Assembly (NCBI GenBank): GCA_965222225.1
Contig: CBDCTK010000002.1
Coordinates: forward strand, 4,896,001 to 4,960,000
DNA length: 64,000 bases
Direction of reading: 5' to 3'
Source: Candidatus Poribacteria bacterium
Lineage (GTDB): Bacteria > Poribacteria > WGA-4E > JAJDTR01
This document shows positions 18,070-28,730 of the stretch, one piece after another. Below the pieces are notes generated by a model, which was not told the DNA's origin, ran no database searches, and saw only the letters and a program-made list of their open reading frames with translations. Position 1 is the stretch's first letter; each line of letters begins with the position of its first letter. The translations under genes were made by a program, and so were the position numbers.

Positions 18070-19980
18070 ATGGGAAAATTCTACATAACGACACCGATTT
18101 ACTATGCCAACGCCGAACCACACGCGGGACATGCGTATACGACGATTGCTGCTGATGTGCTGGCGAGATACCACCGTCTCAAAGGGGACGAGGTATTCTT
18201 CCTGACTGGCGTAGATGAACACGGGGAAAATATCCAAAAAGTTGCCGACCAGAACAAAATCTCGCCACAAGCCTACTGCGATCAGATCGCTCCGACATTT
18301 ACGACGCTTTGGATGAGATTAAATATCTCTTACGACATCTTTCTGCGTACAACGAGCGAGTTGCACAAGAGCGGTGTAACAAGGTTTCTTAACACGCTCT
18401 ACGAAACGGGGGATATATACAAGGGCAAGTATGAAGGATACTACTGTCGTCCGTGTGAGCGTTTTTTCACCGAGAAGGAGCAGGGAGAGGACAAAATTTG
18501 TCCAATCCACAAATTACGCTTGGAGTGGGTAGAGGAAGACAACTATTTCTTTGCACTATCAAAATATCAGAATCGATTGATTAAACACATTCATGAGAAC
18601 CCTGAATTCATCCAACCGGTAGCCCGTTGCAACGAGATACTAAGTGTGCTGGAGTCGGGGTTGGAGGACGTGAGCATCTCGCGAGCATCAGTTTCATGGG
18701 GTATTCCTTTGCCGTTCGATACCGAGCACATCTCTTATGTTTGGATTGAGGCATTGAGTAACTATGTAACCGCACTAGGTTATGCTGGGGACGAGGAGCG
18801 TTTTCGAACATTCTGGCCCGCCGATGTCCACTTGATGGCGAAGGATATCACTCGCTTTCACGCGATCATTTGGCCCGCCATGCTCATGGCAGTCGATCTA
18901 CCTCTCCCGAAACGCGTTGTGGCCCATGGGTGGCTAACAAAAGATGGAGAAGCCTTGAGTAAGACGCGCGGCATCTACATTGATATGAATACCGACATTG
19001 CAACCTATGGGCTAGATGCATTCCGATACTACCTACTGCGTGAATTCAGTTTCGGAAACGATGGAGACTACCGACCAAACCGCCTTCATGCTCGTTACAA
19101 TGCCGACCTTGCAAACGACCTTGGGAATTTGCTAAACCGGACGCTCGGTCTTGTGTCCAAGAATTTTGACGGAATTCCCGAACCGACCGCATCGAACAGC
19201 TTGGACGATGAAGTCATCCAGATGGCAAAGGAAACGGTTTCCAAGGTCGATTCGCTGATGAACCAACTGGCTTTTGATATGGCGTTGGAGGCGATATGGG
19301 AATTTGTTCGACGCGTGAATCGCTACATCCATCAAACGGAGGTCTGGACGCTTGCAAAATCGGAAGAATCAAAAGGACGTATGGGAACCATACTCTATAA
19401 TAGTATGGAAGCTTTACGGATAATCGCGGTGTTGATTTCGCCGTTCATGCCCGCCACGGCGAGCCGTATCTGTCGCCAAATCGGACTTGATGATTCCTCG
19501 GATGTTCAGGGTTTGAATACGATTGCAGCGTGGGGCGGATTGCAATCAGGGGGCGCTATTGGCAAGCCTGAACCGATTTTTCCACGCATAGAGACGAAAA
19601 AGCAGAAGGCACGGGACAAAGCCTCTGCCGCCCAAGCGCCGCCTGCTGAGGAAACCCGCTTGGTCTCGATTGATGAATTTCAGAATCTTGACCTCCGCGT
19701 TGCCACAATAATTGAAGCCGAGAAAATCCCTCAGGCGGACAAACTTCTGAAATTGTGCGTCGATCTTGGTGACGAGAAACGCCAGGTGGTTGCCGGCATT
19801 GCTGAGCACTACGAGCCGGATGAACTGATTGGAAAGCAAGTTGTCTTGGTGGCAAACCTTCAGCCTGCCAAGATACGTGGGATTGAGTCACAGGGAATGG
19901 TATTGGCTGCCGCTAGAGAGAAAGATCTTGTGCTAGGAACGTTTGACAAGCTGGTGGCTCCAGGTACGAGGGTTCGATGA
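18070..19980 (+). CDS. metG: Methionine--tRNA ligase
   Basis: YITTPIYYANAEPHAGH, ALSKT (KMSKS variant), C-terminal tRNA-binding OB domain. Confidence 0.97.
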   Translation: MGKFYITTPIYYANAEPHAGHAYTTIAADVLARYHRLKGDEVFFLTGVDEHGENIQKVADQNKISPQAYCDQIAPTFTTLWMRLNISYDIFLRTTSELHKSGVTRFLNTLYETGDIYKGKYEGYYCRPCERFFTEKEQGEDKICPIHKLRLEWVEEDNYFFALSKYQNRLIKHIHENPEFIQPVARCNEILSVLESGLEDVSISRASVSWGIPLPFDTEHISYVWIEALSNYVTALGYAGDEERFRTFWPADVHLMAKDITRFHAIIWPAMLMAVDLPLPKRVVAHGWLTKDGEALSKTRGIYIDMNTDIATYGLDAFRYYLLREFSFGNDGDYRPNRLHARYNADLANDLGNLLNRTLGLVSKNFDGIPEPTASNSLDDEVIQMAKETVSKVDSLMNQLAFDMALEAIWEFVRRVNRYIHQTEVWTLAKSEESKGRMGTILYNSMEALRIIAVLISPFMPATASRICRQIGLDDSSDVQGLNTIAAWGGLQSGGAIGKPEPIFPRIETKKQKARDKASAAQAPPAEETRLVSIDEFQNLDLRVATIIEAEKIPQADKLLKLCVDLGDEKRQVVAGIAEHYEPDELIGKQVVLVANLQPAKIRGIESQGMVLAAAREKDLVLGTFDKLVAPGTRVR

Positions 19981-20119
19981 TGTTGTTTCCCGGTTAATTG
20001 GACAAGATCTACGTGAAATTGACAGATGCTCGGTAATTCAATGCCATAGGCAATGCCATTTCCCTATATTTACCGTGGATTAACAGCATCAGCCAAGTCC
20101 TTCCTATACTCGGCAAGCC

Positions 20120-20153
20120 GATCGCTATCGCCCTCGTCATTCACTCGGCTGAT
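20120..20153 (-). repeat. 34-bp GA-hairpin mini-repeat
   Basis: Minus strand ATC-agccgagtgaatgacgagg-gcgatagcg-ATC. Confidence 0.75.
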
Positions 20154-20333
20154 TCCCTCTGGGCGCTTTCGTGCGCGTGGGATTGGCATCGCAATTCGCT
20201 GTCGCCCCGCTGGGGCTTCTGATGTGTGACGAATCGGCGTTGTTATTCACTCTGAAAATCTCATTTTAGATTTGATGATGGTCGATCGCCTAGAATCAGG
20301 TGGAATTACCCCGAATGAGCAATTGATGTTGGC

Positions 20334-20362
20334 TTGTGTTTTTCCCATCCTTGTGATATAAT
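20334..20362 (+). promoter_or_regulatory. sigma70-type promoter (extended -10)
   Basis: TTGTGT-N17-TATAAT with TG at -15/-14, upstream of the ThuA gene. Confidence 0.55.
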
Positions 20363-20397
20363 GCGGCAAACTGAACGCTCAATGAGGTGTAGACAAT

Positions 20398-21033
20398 ATG
20401 GCAAAGATAAACACGCTTGTGTTTTGCGGTGGTGAAATTCATGACTGGAAGGGCTGTGGCGACGAAATAGTCAAATCTCTGTCCCCGCGCGAAGAGTTTC
20501 AGATTACAAGAGTCGATGAAAATCTTGACGCACTAATCTCGCCGAATCTGGACAGTTACGATCTGATTGTCTTTTACTATACGGTAGGTGAAATCACGGA
20601 CGCGCAAAAAAACGGATTACTAAACCATATTGCCTCGGGAAAAGGATACGTCGGCATCCACTCGGCAGCCGATTCATTTCGCGGGTGTCCGGAATATCGT
20701 GCAATGGTTGGTGGACATTTCGTTACGCATCCGCGCTACCGCGACTATCAGGTGAATGTCGTCAACGAGGAGCATCCAATCACCGAAGGAATTGTAGAAT
20801 TCATGGTGAGGGATGAGCAGTACATTGTAGACTACGATCCACGAGTAAATGTCTTAGCATCCGCCCTATGGCAAGGACGCGCGATGCCCGTTGTGTGGAC
20901 AAAAGATTGGGGTAAAGGGCGCGTGTTCTATCTCGCGCTTGGTCATGATGCAGCCGCATGCCGCCATGAGACGTTCGGCACACTTCTACAACGTGGCTCA
21001 TTGTGGGCAGGTGCGCCTAGCGAAGGAGAATAA
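20398..21033 (+). CDS. ThuA (trehalose utilisation)-like domain protein
   Basis: GYVGIHSA, GGHFVTHP, DEQY and GRVFYLALGH. Confidence 0.9.
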   Translation: MAKINTLVFCGGEIHDWKGCGDEIVKSLSPREEFQITRVDENLDALISPNLDSYDLIVFYYTVGEITDAQKNGLLNHIASGKGYVGIHSAADSFRGCPEYRAMVGGHFVTHPRYRDYQVNVVNEEHPITEGIVEFMVRDEQYIVDYDPRVNVLASALWQGRAMPVVWTKDWGKGRVFYLALGHDAAACRHETFGTLLQRGSLWAGAPSEGE

Positions 21034-21096
21034 CCACCTCCCGGTTCTTTACTGGGTCGTTAGTAAATCTCCGAGTTCCTGGTCCTGGCTCTTGGG

Positions 21097-21729
21097 ATGA
21101 AAAGGAAGATTACCGACATCCAGTTTGAGGAAGACGATTCCTCAAACTGTACTATTTACATGAATAATGTCCCTTTTGCCACGGTAGAGGTGGGATTCAT
21201 TGCGAAGCTGGGGCTGCGGATTGGTCTGCAGATTGAAGAGATTGTTATCCGGAAACTCATTGCAGCGGACGAGGTGATAAAAGCAAGGGATTATGCGCTT
21301 GGGCTGCTATTGAACGGTACTCACACCAAGGAGCAGATGATTCAGGCGCTGGAAAATGGCGGTTTTTGCGATTATGTAGTCAACGAGACGCTCGAAAACC
21401 TTGAACAACTTGGTCATATAAAGGACGAGAAATACGCAAAAAATTGGGTCAACAATCGTCGGCGTACAAGACCGACGAGCAAGATGGTAATGAGGCGCGA
21501 GTTGACCGGCCAGGGAGTTGACAAATCCACGGTGGAGCGTGTCTTGGCTAAGATTGATGATGCGGACGAAGCGGCCCTAGCACTGCAGTTGGCAAGAAAA
21601 CAGGCAAACCGCTACAAGTCTCTTTCCCCGCATGTCGCTAAACGAAGATTATATGCTTTCCTCATCAGGCGTGGTTTCAACCATGAAACGATTGGGCAAG
21701 TTATGCGGCAGGTCTTAGCAATGGAGTAA
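21097..21729 (+). CDS. recX: Regulatory protein RecX
   Basis: Three-helix repeats; IKDEKYA, RRELTGQGV and FLIRRGF; upstream of alaS. Confidence 0.85.
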   Translation: MKRKITDIQFEEDDSSNCTIYMNNVPFATVEVGFIAKLGLRIGLQIEEIVIRKLIAADEVIKARDYALGLLLNGTHTKEQMIQALENGGFCDYVVNETLENLEQLGHIKDEKYAKNWVNNRRRTRPTSKMVMRRELTGQGVDKSTVERVLAKIDDADEAALALQLARKQANRYKSLSPHVAKRRLYAFLIRRGFNHETIGQVMRQVLAME

Positions 21730-21751
21730 AGCCGCCAGAGGTAAATCAGGA

Positions 21752-24403
21752 ATGACATCAGACGAAATTAGGTCGAGTTTTATTGACTATTTCCGCAGGC
21801 GTGGCCACACAGTGGTTCCTAGCGCACCGCTCATACCGGCGGACGATCCGACGCTTTTGTTCACCAATGCCGGGATGAATCAGTTCAAAGATGTGTTTCT
21901 GGGAATTGGTAACCGCGACTACAAACGGGCAGTGGATACGCAGAAGTGTATGCGCGTGAGCGGCAAACACAATGATCTGGAAGAAGTCGGCTACTCCAAA
22001 TCTCATCACACCTTCTTTGAGATGTTAGGTAACTGGTCATTCGGAGACTACTACAAGCGGGAAGCTATTGCCTTCGCTTGGGAATTGGTAACAGAGATTT
22101 GGAATATGCCTAAAGATAAGCTATGGGCAAGCGTTCATCTTGATGACGATGAGTCGGAAAATCTCTGGTACGAGGAAACGGACCTAAGCGCCGGACATGT
22201 GCGTCGATTTGACGATAAAGATAACTTCTGGCAGATGGCAGATACGGGGCCTTGCGGACCGAATTCGGAGCTTCATATCGATCTTGGCCCGGAAGCTTGT
22301 CCAACTCCGGACAAAGAGCATACGTGTGCGGTAAATGCGTGCGATCGCTACCGTGAATTTTGGAATCTGGTATTCATCCAATATAACCGTGACGAGAGAG
22401 GCACACTCCATCCTTTGCCGGAAACCCATGTCGATACCGGAATGGGATTCGAGCGCGCAGTTGCAATCTTGCAGGGGGTCGATTCGAATTACAAGACTGA
22501 CGTGTATACGCCCCTGATTGATGCCATCGCAAATCTTACAGATCGGGAATACTCTGATGGTGATGGCGGGGTTCCTCACCGCGTTATTGCGGATCACTCC
22601 CGTTGCCTTACATTTGCGATAGGTGATGGAGTTATGCCTTCCAACGAAGGACGCGGCTACGTGATTCGCCGACTTCTGCGCCGCGCGGTATTATACGGAA
22701 AACGGCTGGGAAAAGATCAGCCATTCATCTATCAGATTGTCGATAAAGTTGTGGACTTGCTGGGGAACACGTTCCCGGAAGTGCGACTACGCCAAGATTT
22801 CGTCAAGCGGATTGTTGAAGGCGAAGAGAGGCGATTCCACCAAACGTTGGGCCGCGGGTTGGACCTCCTTGATGCGTCGCTTGAATCTTTGAAATCTTCA
22901 AACCAATCCGTCCTGGCAGGCGATCGGGCTTTTGAGCTGTATGACACGTTCGGGTTTCCACTAGATATGACGCGCATACTCACCAAGGAACGAGGGGTCT
23001 CTGTTGATGCGCAGGGGTTTAAGAAAAGTATGTCCCGACAGCGTGAGCGAAGTCGCGCCAATTGGAAAGCGGCGGGCGGCGCTGATAAAGGGCAAGAAAT
23101 CTACGCCGAAGTCCTCAGCGAATCAGGGAAAACAGAATTCCTCGGATACGAGGAGCACACTGCCGAAGCAGAAATCGTCGCTTTGATACAAGCGAATGAA
23201 CTCGTGTCTGGCGTAACCAAAGGTGGCAATGTCTCGGTTGTTTTGAATCGCACTCCGTTCTATGGTGAATCAGGGGGACAGATTGGAGATGCGGGAACCA
23301 TCGAAGGACGACAAGCGGCACTTGAAGTCGTTACGACCAGTAAACCTGCGCCCGACCTATTTCTGCACGAATGTAAGGTCGTTGAAGGCGAGATTACCGC
23401 TGCATCGACAGTAGAAGCAAAAATCAATGCGGATCGTCGAGGGCATATTGCTGTGAGCCACACTGTGACACATATCCTTCACAGTGCATTGCGCAATACA
23501 CTCGGTGACCATGTTGGACAAGCAGGCTCACTTGTAGAACCGGGCAGGCTGCGTTTTGACTTCACTCACTTTGAAGCGGTTTCACCCAACCTGCTTCATG
23601 ACATTGAAGCGTACATCAATGAAAAAATTCGATTGAATGATTCGCTTGAGATTGATTTCATGCCTTTGCAGCGGGCTAAGGACAGAGGCGCGCTTGCCTT
23701 TTTCGGTGATAAATACGGTGAAATCGTCCGTCTCGTGCAAATTGGCGACTACAGCAAAGAGTTGTGTGGTGGGACTCATGTCAACGCGACAGGTGAGATT
23801 GGTCTGGTAAAGCTCGTCAATGAAAGCAGTATTGCCGCCGGCGTGCGTCGCATTGAGGCGTTAACCGGAGAGAAAGCCTATCAAAATGTCCGTTCTCAAG
23901 ATGATGCGCTTTCACACCTTGCGGATTTACTCAAGACACCGACACACCACTTAACAAAGCGAGTGGAAGCCCTTCTTCAAGAAAATAGGTTGCTTGAAGG
24001 GCAGCTTGAAGTTCTGAAGGGCCAACTGGCAAAATCAAGCATCGCAGACCTAACTCAAGACGCTGCCGTCGTTAATGGATTCAAGGTTGTTGCATCAATC
24101 GTCGAAAATACGGACAGAAACGGACTTCGCCGTCTTGTCGATGAATTGAAGGAGCGAATTGTATCGGGAGTAGTAGTTCTCGCGGCGGTAGACGGGGATG
24201 GAGCAACCTTCGTGGCAGGAGTGACGTCTAATCTTGCAGGAGAAACCGGATTGCATGCGGGGAAAATCATTCAGGAGGTTGTCCGCATCGCTGATGGACG
24301 TGGAGGTGGACGTCCAGATCTCGCTCAGGGCGGATGCAAAGACACACGTGAGGTAAAGAACGCAATTGACGAAGTCGTCAAGATAGTTGCAAACCAAGCG
24401 TAG
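21752..24403 (+). CDS. alaS: Alanine--tRNA ligase
   Basis: DPTLLFTNAGMNQFK, HHTFFEMLGNWSFGDY, ELCGGTH and GGGRPDLAQGG. Confidence 0.98.
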   Translation: MTSDEIRSSFIDYFRRRGHTVVPSAPLIPADDPTLLFTNAGMNQFKDVFLGIGNRDYKRAVDTQKCMRVSGKHNDLEEVGYSKSHHTFFEMLGNWSFGDYYKREAIAFAWELVTEIWNMPKDKLWASVHLDDDESENLWYEETDLSAGHVRRFDDKDNFWQMADTGPCGPNSELHIDLGPEACPTPDKEHTCAVNACDRYREFWNLVFIQYNRDERGTLHPLPETHVDTGMGFERAVAILQGVDSNYKTDVYTPLIDAIANLTDREYSDGDGGVPHRVIADHSRCLTFAIGDGVMPSNEGRGYVIRRLLRRAVLYGKRLGKDQPFIYQIVDKVVDLLGNTFPEVRLRQDFVKRIVEGEERRFHQTLGRGLDLLDASLESLKSSNQSVLAGDRAFELYDTFGFPLDMTRILTKERGVSVDAQGFKKSMSRQRERSRANWKAAGGADKGQEIYAEVLSESGKTEFLGYEEHTAEAEIVALIQANELVSGVTKGGNVSVVLNRTPFYGESGGQIGDAGTIEGRQAALEVVTTSKPAPDLFLHECKVVEGEITAASTVEAKINADRRGHIAVSHTVTHILHSALRNTLGDHVGQAGSLVEPGRLRFDFTHFEAVSPNLLHDIEAYINEKIRLNDSLEIDFMPLQRAKDRGALAFFGDKYGEIVRLVQIGDYSKELCGGTHVNATGEIGLVKLVNESSIAAGVRRIEALTGEKAYQNVRSQDDALSHLADLLKTPTHHLTKRVEALLQENRLLEGQLEVLKGQLAKSSIADLTQDAAVVNGFKVVASIVENTDRNGLRRLVDELKERIVSGVVVLAAVDGDGATFVAGVTSNLAGETGLHAGKIIQEVVRIADGRGGGRPDLAQGGCKDTREVKNAIDEVVKIVANQA

Positions 24404-24459
24404 GGATTTACCCAATATAGAACAAAGTCAGAGGATTTTAGCTTCGTAGGAGGAAAAAC

Positions 24460-25002
24460 ATGGAATGGTCGATGGTGGCTTCAGTATTTTGGAAAGTGTT
24501 AGTCGGGATCTTGTTACTTGTACTTAGTGTTCTGGCCGGATATTTGTGCTCTGCCTTGGGAAGCATACGCAATTCTCTTGAGAACATCCAAAACACCATG
24601 AAATCGACAGAGGGTTTGATTGATACGGAAGTTACAACCTTGATCAGGGATGTCAATCACATTGTAACAGAGGTCAAAAACGAATTGCCGGAATTACTGG
24701 AAAATATCAATGGAATTGCGGCGTCTGTCCAAGAGATGAGCAAAGCAGAGATCCGACCGACGGCGCGGAACATCCAGCAGATGACGGAAACGATAAATCA
24801 GAATGTTGCGAAGCTGGATGAATTAGTTAATGTCGTTGTGGATTTTTCGCAACAGACAGTTAAGCGTGCTGGATATTATCGCGATCAGTTCTCTGCTCCC
24901 ATCACCGACATCATCAGTGCGTGGGAGGGATTTAAACGAGGATTTGAGATGTTTAGCCGGTTTCGCAAAGCTGGGAAATCGGACTCGGGAAGTAATTCCT
25001 GA
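24460..25002 (+). CDS. DUF948/YtxG-like membrane-anchored coiled-coil protein
   Basis: N-terminal TM helix plus coiled coil; upstream of a YtxH gene. Confidence 0.65.
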   Translation: MEWSMVASVFWKVLVGILLLVLSVLAGYLCSALGSIRNSLENIQNTMKSTEGLIDTEVTTLIRDVNHIVTEVKNELPELLENINGIAASVQEMSKAEIRPTARNIQQMTETINQNVAKLDELVNVVVDFSQQTVKRAGYYRDQFSAPITDIISAWEGFKRGFEMFSRFRKAGKSDSGSNS

Positions 25003-25245
25003 AACCCACAATGAGGTACGTGTGTGAAATGATTTGCAACGAGCAACGCATGTGGTTGTCTCCGTCCGAGGATTTCACGTTGAAACTGTAGTTGGTGCAA
25101 TCAGTTGTTGGTTTTACAAAAATTCAACGCAGAAATTGCACTTGTTGAAACCATGGACAGGATGAATCAGTTAATAGATATGAACCATGAATGGATCAAT
25201 GAATCTGTGAAGAGATTCATTTAACAATTAGCAAGGAGGAATAAA

Positions 25246-25653
25246 ATGGATAACGAAGGAAGAGACAATGGATTGGGTACCTTCCTTGCCTTTTTTGTGG
25301 GTGCTATAACAGGTGCATGCTTGGGCTTGCTCTTGGCACCTACTTCAGGCCGCGAAACACGAAAGAGAATTCATGATGCGTCTGCGGAAGCCAAAGAACG
25401 CACGGTGGACGTTGCCCACAGAGCAACTGAAACGGCGAGAGAGAGTGTCCACGAATTTGTCGATCTCGGAAAGGAACAGATTCATGATACGGCGCAGAAT
25501 GTAAGAACGGCAGTTGACGCTGGCAAAAAAGCCTTCATGGAAAAGAAGGCGGAGATTGGTAGCGTTCTCTCTCGTGCCGGTGAGGCGGCCGATCAGGATG
25601 GCAATGACGAGACCGTTGTTGTAGACAAAGACAGCGAGCAAAGCGCAAGCTAA
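25246..25653 (+). CDS. YtxH domain protein
   Basis: GAITGACLGLLLAPTSGRETRKRI signature; AAGGAGG RBS. Confidence 0.9.
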   Translation: MDNEGRDNGLGTFLAFFVGAITGACLGLLLAPTSGRETRKRIHDASAEAKERTVDVAHRATETARESVHEFVDLGKEQIHDTAQNVRTAVDAGKKAFMEKKAEIGSVLSRAGEAADQDGNDETVVVDKDSEQSAS

Positions 25654-25679
25654 CTGTAAGGCGGCCTATAGAGATCGCA

Positions 25680-25720
25680 AAGGGCAAAGCAATCATTCCG
25701 TGCTTTGTCCTTATTTTTTT
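25680..25720 (+). terminator. Intrinsic terminator after the YtxH gene
   Basis: AGGGCAAAGCA-loop-TGCTTTGTCCT followed by a T-tract. Confidence 0.75.
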
Positions 25721-25796
25721 CTACCGCAACCTCGAAATATGGGACTCGTGGGAACCGCCTTTCCTAAGTTCTCCTTTACCGGATTTTAATTTCGTT

Positions 25797-26558
25797 ATGA
25801 ATGTCGAAAGGCTCAAGGCACTTCTTGAAGATGTAAAACACGGGGAGATTGAGATTAGTGATGCCTTACAATCTCTGCGCCATCTTCCGTTTGAAGACCT
25901 TGGATTCTCAAAGATAGATCACCACCGACAACTGCGGAAGGGGTTTCCCGAGGTGATTTTTTGTCAAGGCAAGACTACGGCACAGGTGAAAGAGATTGGC
26001 AAACGAATCTTGGATGCCGGGGAACCGCTGCTAGCTACTCGTGCCACACCGGAAATGTACGAAGCGGTAAAAACCGTGCATGCAGCCGCTCGTTTTAACG
26101 AACCTGGTAGGACAATCACCGTTGAACAGTCGCAGAGTCCACTGCGAGAGGGAGTGTTGCTCGTGTCCGCGGGTACGTCAGATATCCCGGTTGCCGAGGA
26201 GGCAGCCGAAACCGCTCAAATCATGGGGAACCGTGTTGAACGTCTTTACGATGTTGGCGTGGCAGGACTACACCGACTCCTTGGTAACCACGAAAAGCTC
26301 TTTGAGGCGAATGTCATAATTGTCGTAGCGGGAATGGAAGGAGCATTGCCAAGCGTAGTCGGAGGATTGGTTGATAAGCCCGTCGTTGCTGTACCGACGA
26401 GTGTTGGCTATGGCGCAAGCTTGGGTGGGATGGCGGCGCTGCTGAGCATGTTAAATACGTGTGCCTCTGGCGTAACGGTCGTAAATATAGACAACGGATT
26501 TGGAGCCGGATACAGTGCATCGCTAATCAATCGGTTATCTGATACTACCGCAGAATAG
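25797..26558 (+). CDS. larB: Nickel pincer cofactor biosynthesis protein LarB (PurE-like)
   Basis: DHHRQLRKGFPEVIF, AGTSDIPVAEEA, DVGVAGLHRL, PTSVGYG and VVNIDNGFGA. Confidence 0.93.
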   Translation: MNVERLKALLEDVKHGEIEISDALQSLRHLPFEDLGFSKIDHHRQLRKGFPEVIFCQGKTTAQVKEIGKRILDAGEPLLATRATPEMYEAVKTVHAAARFNEPGRTITVEQSQSPLREGVLLVSAGTSDIPVAEEAAETAQIMGNRVERLYDVGVAGLHRLLGNHEKLFEANVIIVVAGMEGALPSVVGGLVDKPVVAVPTSVGYGASLGGMAALLSMLNTCASGVTVVNIDNGFGAGYSASLINRLSDTTAE

Positions 26559-26599
26559 AACGAGTTACATCCGATTTGATTTGTCTTTGGCTTGTGCCC

Positions 26600-27349
26600 T
26601 CAACCGGCTGTATACCCGCCGTCAATAGGTAAAGCGATTCCGGTAACGAATGCAGACTCATCCGACGCAAGGTACAGCGCCCCGTAAGCAATGTCCAGCG
26701 GTTGTGCAAGTCGTCCCAGCGGGTGCTGATCTGCAAGCGCTTTGTATTTGGCTGGCGTCTCAACGATGTTTCGAATAATCGGCGTATCTGTATAACCCGG
26801 GCAGATACAGTTGACGCGAATGTTAGTTTCGGCGTAATCAAGTGCCATTCCGCGCGTCAGATTGACTATCCCTCCCTTGGATGCAACATAAGCGGCGCGG
26901 TTCGGTCCGCCGACGATGCCATAAATTGAGGCCGTGTTGATAATCGAACCTCCGCCGTTCGCTATCATCGCCGGTATCGCATACTTGGAGCCCAAGTATG
27001 CCCCCTTCAAGTTGATATCAATGCAGCGATCCCAGTCATCCTCCGGTAAGTCGGCAACAGCCAAACGCATCGCAATTCCCGCGTTATTGAAAAGCACGTC
27101 CAGTTTGCCGTAGTTACTGATTGTTGCGCTCACCATACCCTGAATATCGCTAGCAGAGGTCACGTCCGTGTGGACATATATGGCGTCACCGCCTGCGGCA
27201 CGAATCTGTTCAACCGTATCATTGCCCGCACTATCCGCCACGTCCGCTACGGTAACCCTTGCGCCCTCTTTGGCGAATGTAAGCGCGGTTGCCTCTCCAA
27301 TTCCTGACCCAGCACCGGTGACAATTGCAACTTTACTTTTAAGTCTCAT
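26600..27349 (-). CDS. Short-chain dehydrogenase/reductase (FabG-like)
   Basis: TGAGSGIG, NNAG and YVASK (YxxxK). Confidence 0.95.
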   Translation of the reverse strand: MRLKSKVAIVTGAGSGIGEATALTFAKEGARVTVADVADSAGNDTVEQIRAAGGDAIYVHTDVTSASDIQGMVSATISNYGKLDVLFNNAGIAMRLAVADLPEDDWDRCIDINLKGAYLGSKYAIPAMIANGGGSIINTASIYGIVGGPNRAAYVASKGGIVNLTRGMALDYAETNIRVNCICPGYTDTPIIRNIVETPAKYKALADQHPLGRLAQPLDIAYGALYLASDESAFVTGIALPIDGGYTAG

Positions 27350-27458
27350 AGATTCTGTGTGCGCCGATGACCTTCAGATTTTAATGAGGGTTTTCGCTAC
27401 GCCTCCGTTGTCTGTTTAGCTGGAATTTGTGCGCATTGCTTTATAGCTATAAGGAAAA

Positions 27459-28232
27459 TCACTCTTCAGCAACTACCGGATTTCTCAAGGTTCCTATCCC
27501 CTCCACCTCGATTTCGACAACATCGCCGGGGACGAAGGGGCCAACTCCGGATGGTGTGCCGGTCATAATCACGTCGCCGGGGAGCATCGTGAAGGCGGCG
27601 CTGATATACGAAATCAGCTCGGCGACAGAAAAAATGAGATCGGATGTACGTTCGTTCTGTTTCACTTGACCGTTTAATCGAGCTTGCACCTGAAGATTCC
27701 CCGGATCCAAATCGGTTGTTATGCAAGGCCCAAGCGGGCAAAATGTATCAAATCCTTTACCGATAAGCATGGCACCCATTTCCATTTCGGCAAACTGAAT
27801 TGTCCGCTCGCTGACATCGTTTCCGCACGTATAGCCCAGCACATAGTCAAGTGCTTTTGCTTCCGACACACGTCGTGCGGGCGATCCAATGACCACAGCT
27901 AGTTCAGCCTCATAATGTACATTTTTTCCTTGACGCGGGTAGATGATTGTCTCGTCTGGACCGATGGCAGTAGTGGAAGGCTTCATAAACAGCATAGGCT
28001 TGGTAGGGAGCTCCTTGCCAACCTCGCGAGCATGTTCTGCATAGTTTAGACCTACGCCGATAATCCTCGGCGCTTCCACCGGCGCTAGTAACTGCACATT
28101 TCTCAGATGAGTGAAAGTGCCGCTTGGATTAAGAGCCTCGAACGGCGAACCGACTAATTCACGGATGGTGCCATCTTCTTCCATGATGCCGAAGTTGATG
28201 ATTCCGTCAGCGCGATAGCGCACAATTTTCAT
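27459..28232 (-). CDS. Fumarylacetoacetate hydrolase family protein
   Basis: GLNYAEH, HYEAEL, NDVSER, KGFDTF and PGDVIMTGTP. Confidence 0.95.
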   Translation of the reverse strand: MKIVRYRADGIINFGIMEEDGTIRELVGSPFEALNPSGTFTHLRNVQLLAPVEAPRIIGVGLNYAEHAREVGKELPTKPMLFMKPSTTAIGPDETIIYPRQGKNVHYEAELAVVIGSPARRVSEAKALDYVLGYTCGNDVSERTIQFAEMEMGAMLIGKGFDTFCPLGPCITTDLDPGNLQVQARLNGQVKQNERTSDLIFSVAELISYISAAFTMLPGDVIMTGTPSGVGPFVPGDVVEIEVEGIGTLRNPVVAEE

Positions 28233-28450
28233 GTCCGTATCTCCTTACGTGACACGCGCGTTTATCGCGAGTGCACTGTAAATAAACTTCGATGATCTCG
28301 CTCGCAGTGGAGTCACAAATTCGCGGCGCACCAAGAAAATTTATTCGAATTTGGAGATTAAAACTGAGGCGGCATTCCTTGATGCGATTGAAATGGTTCT
28401 CGATCCGTTATAATTCTTAGGACATACACAGTAACAGGAGCATACTACAA

Positions 28451-28702
28451 TAGGCGTGGATCAACCGAGTGAATAACCAGGGATCAAGAGTATGGATAAT
28501 CACCGATCAACTGACTGGTTAAGGAAGGCGATAGTAAATCTTGATAGAGTTCCCATAGGGAACGCGATAGAGATTTTAGTGCGATAGAAATCTCCTTGCC
28601 CCGCCGACTTTGCGTGGAGATAAGGCTTCTTACTCCGCTCCATGTACGTTTCTTCACTTGATCCGCGTAATCAATGCACTAGTGTTTTAGATAGATGGTA
28701 TA
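28451..28702 (+). repeat. REP with stacked GA-hairpin mini-repeats plus the right arm of the MITE-like element
   Basis: TAGGCGTGG...TTGCCCCGCC encloses two left halves, one full unit (28506-28540) and right halves. 28580-28700 aligns with 7325-7441. Confidence 0.75.
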
Positions 28703-28730
28703 AAAAAACATTGTATCGGGATTTCGACTC

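Noticed and set aside
28290-28413. ~40-codon open stretch (DDLARSGV...IEMVLDPL)
   Set aside because: No start codon or RBS and no recognisable family.
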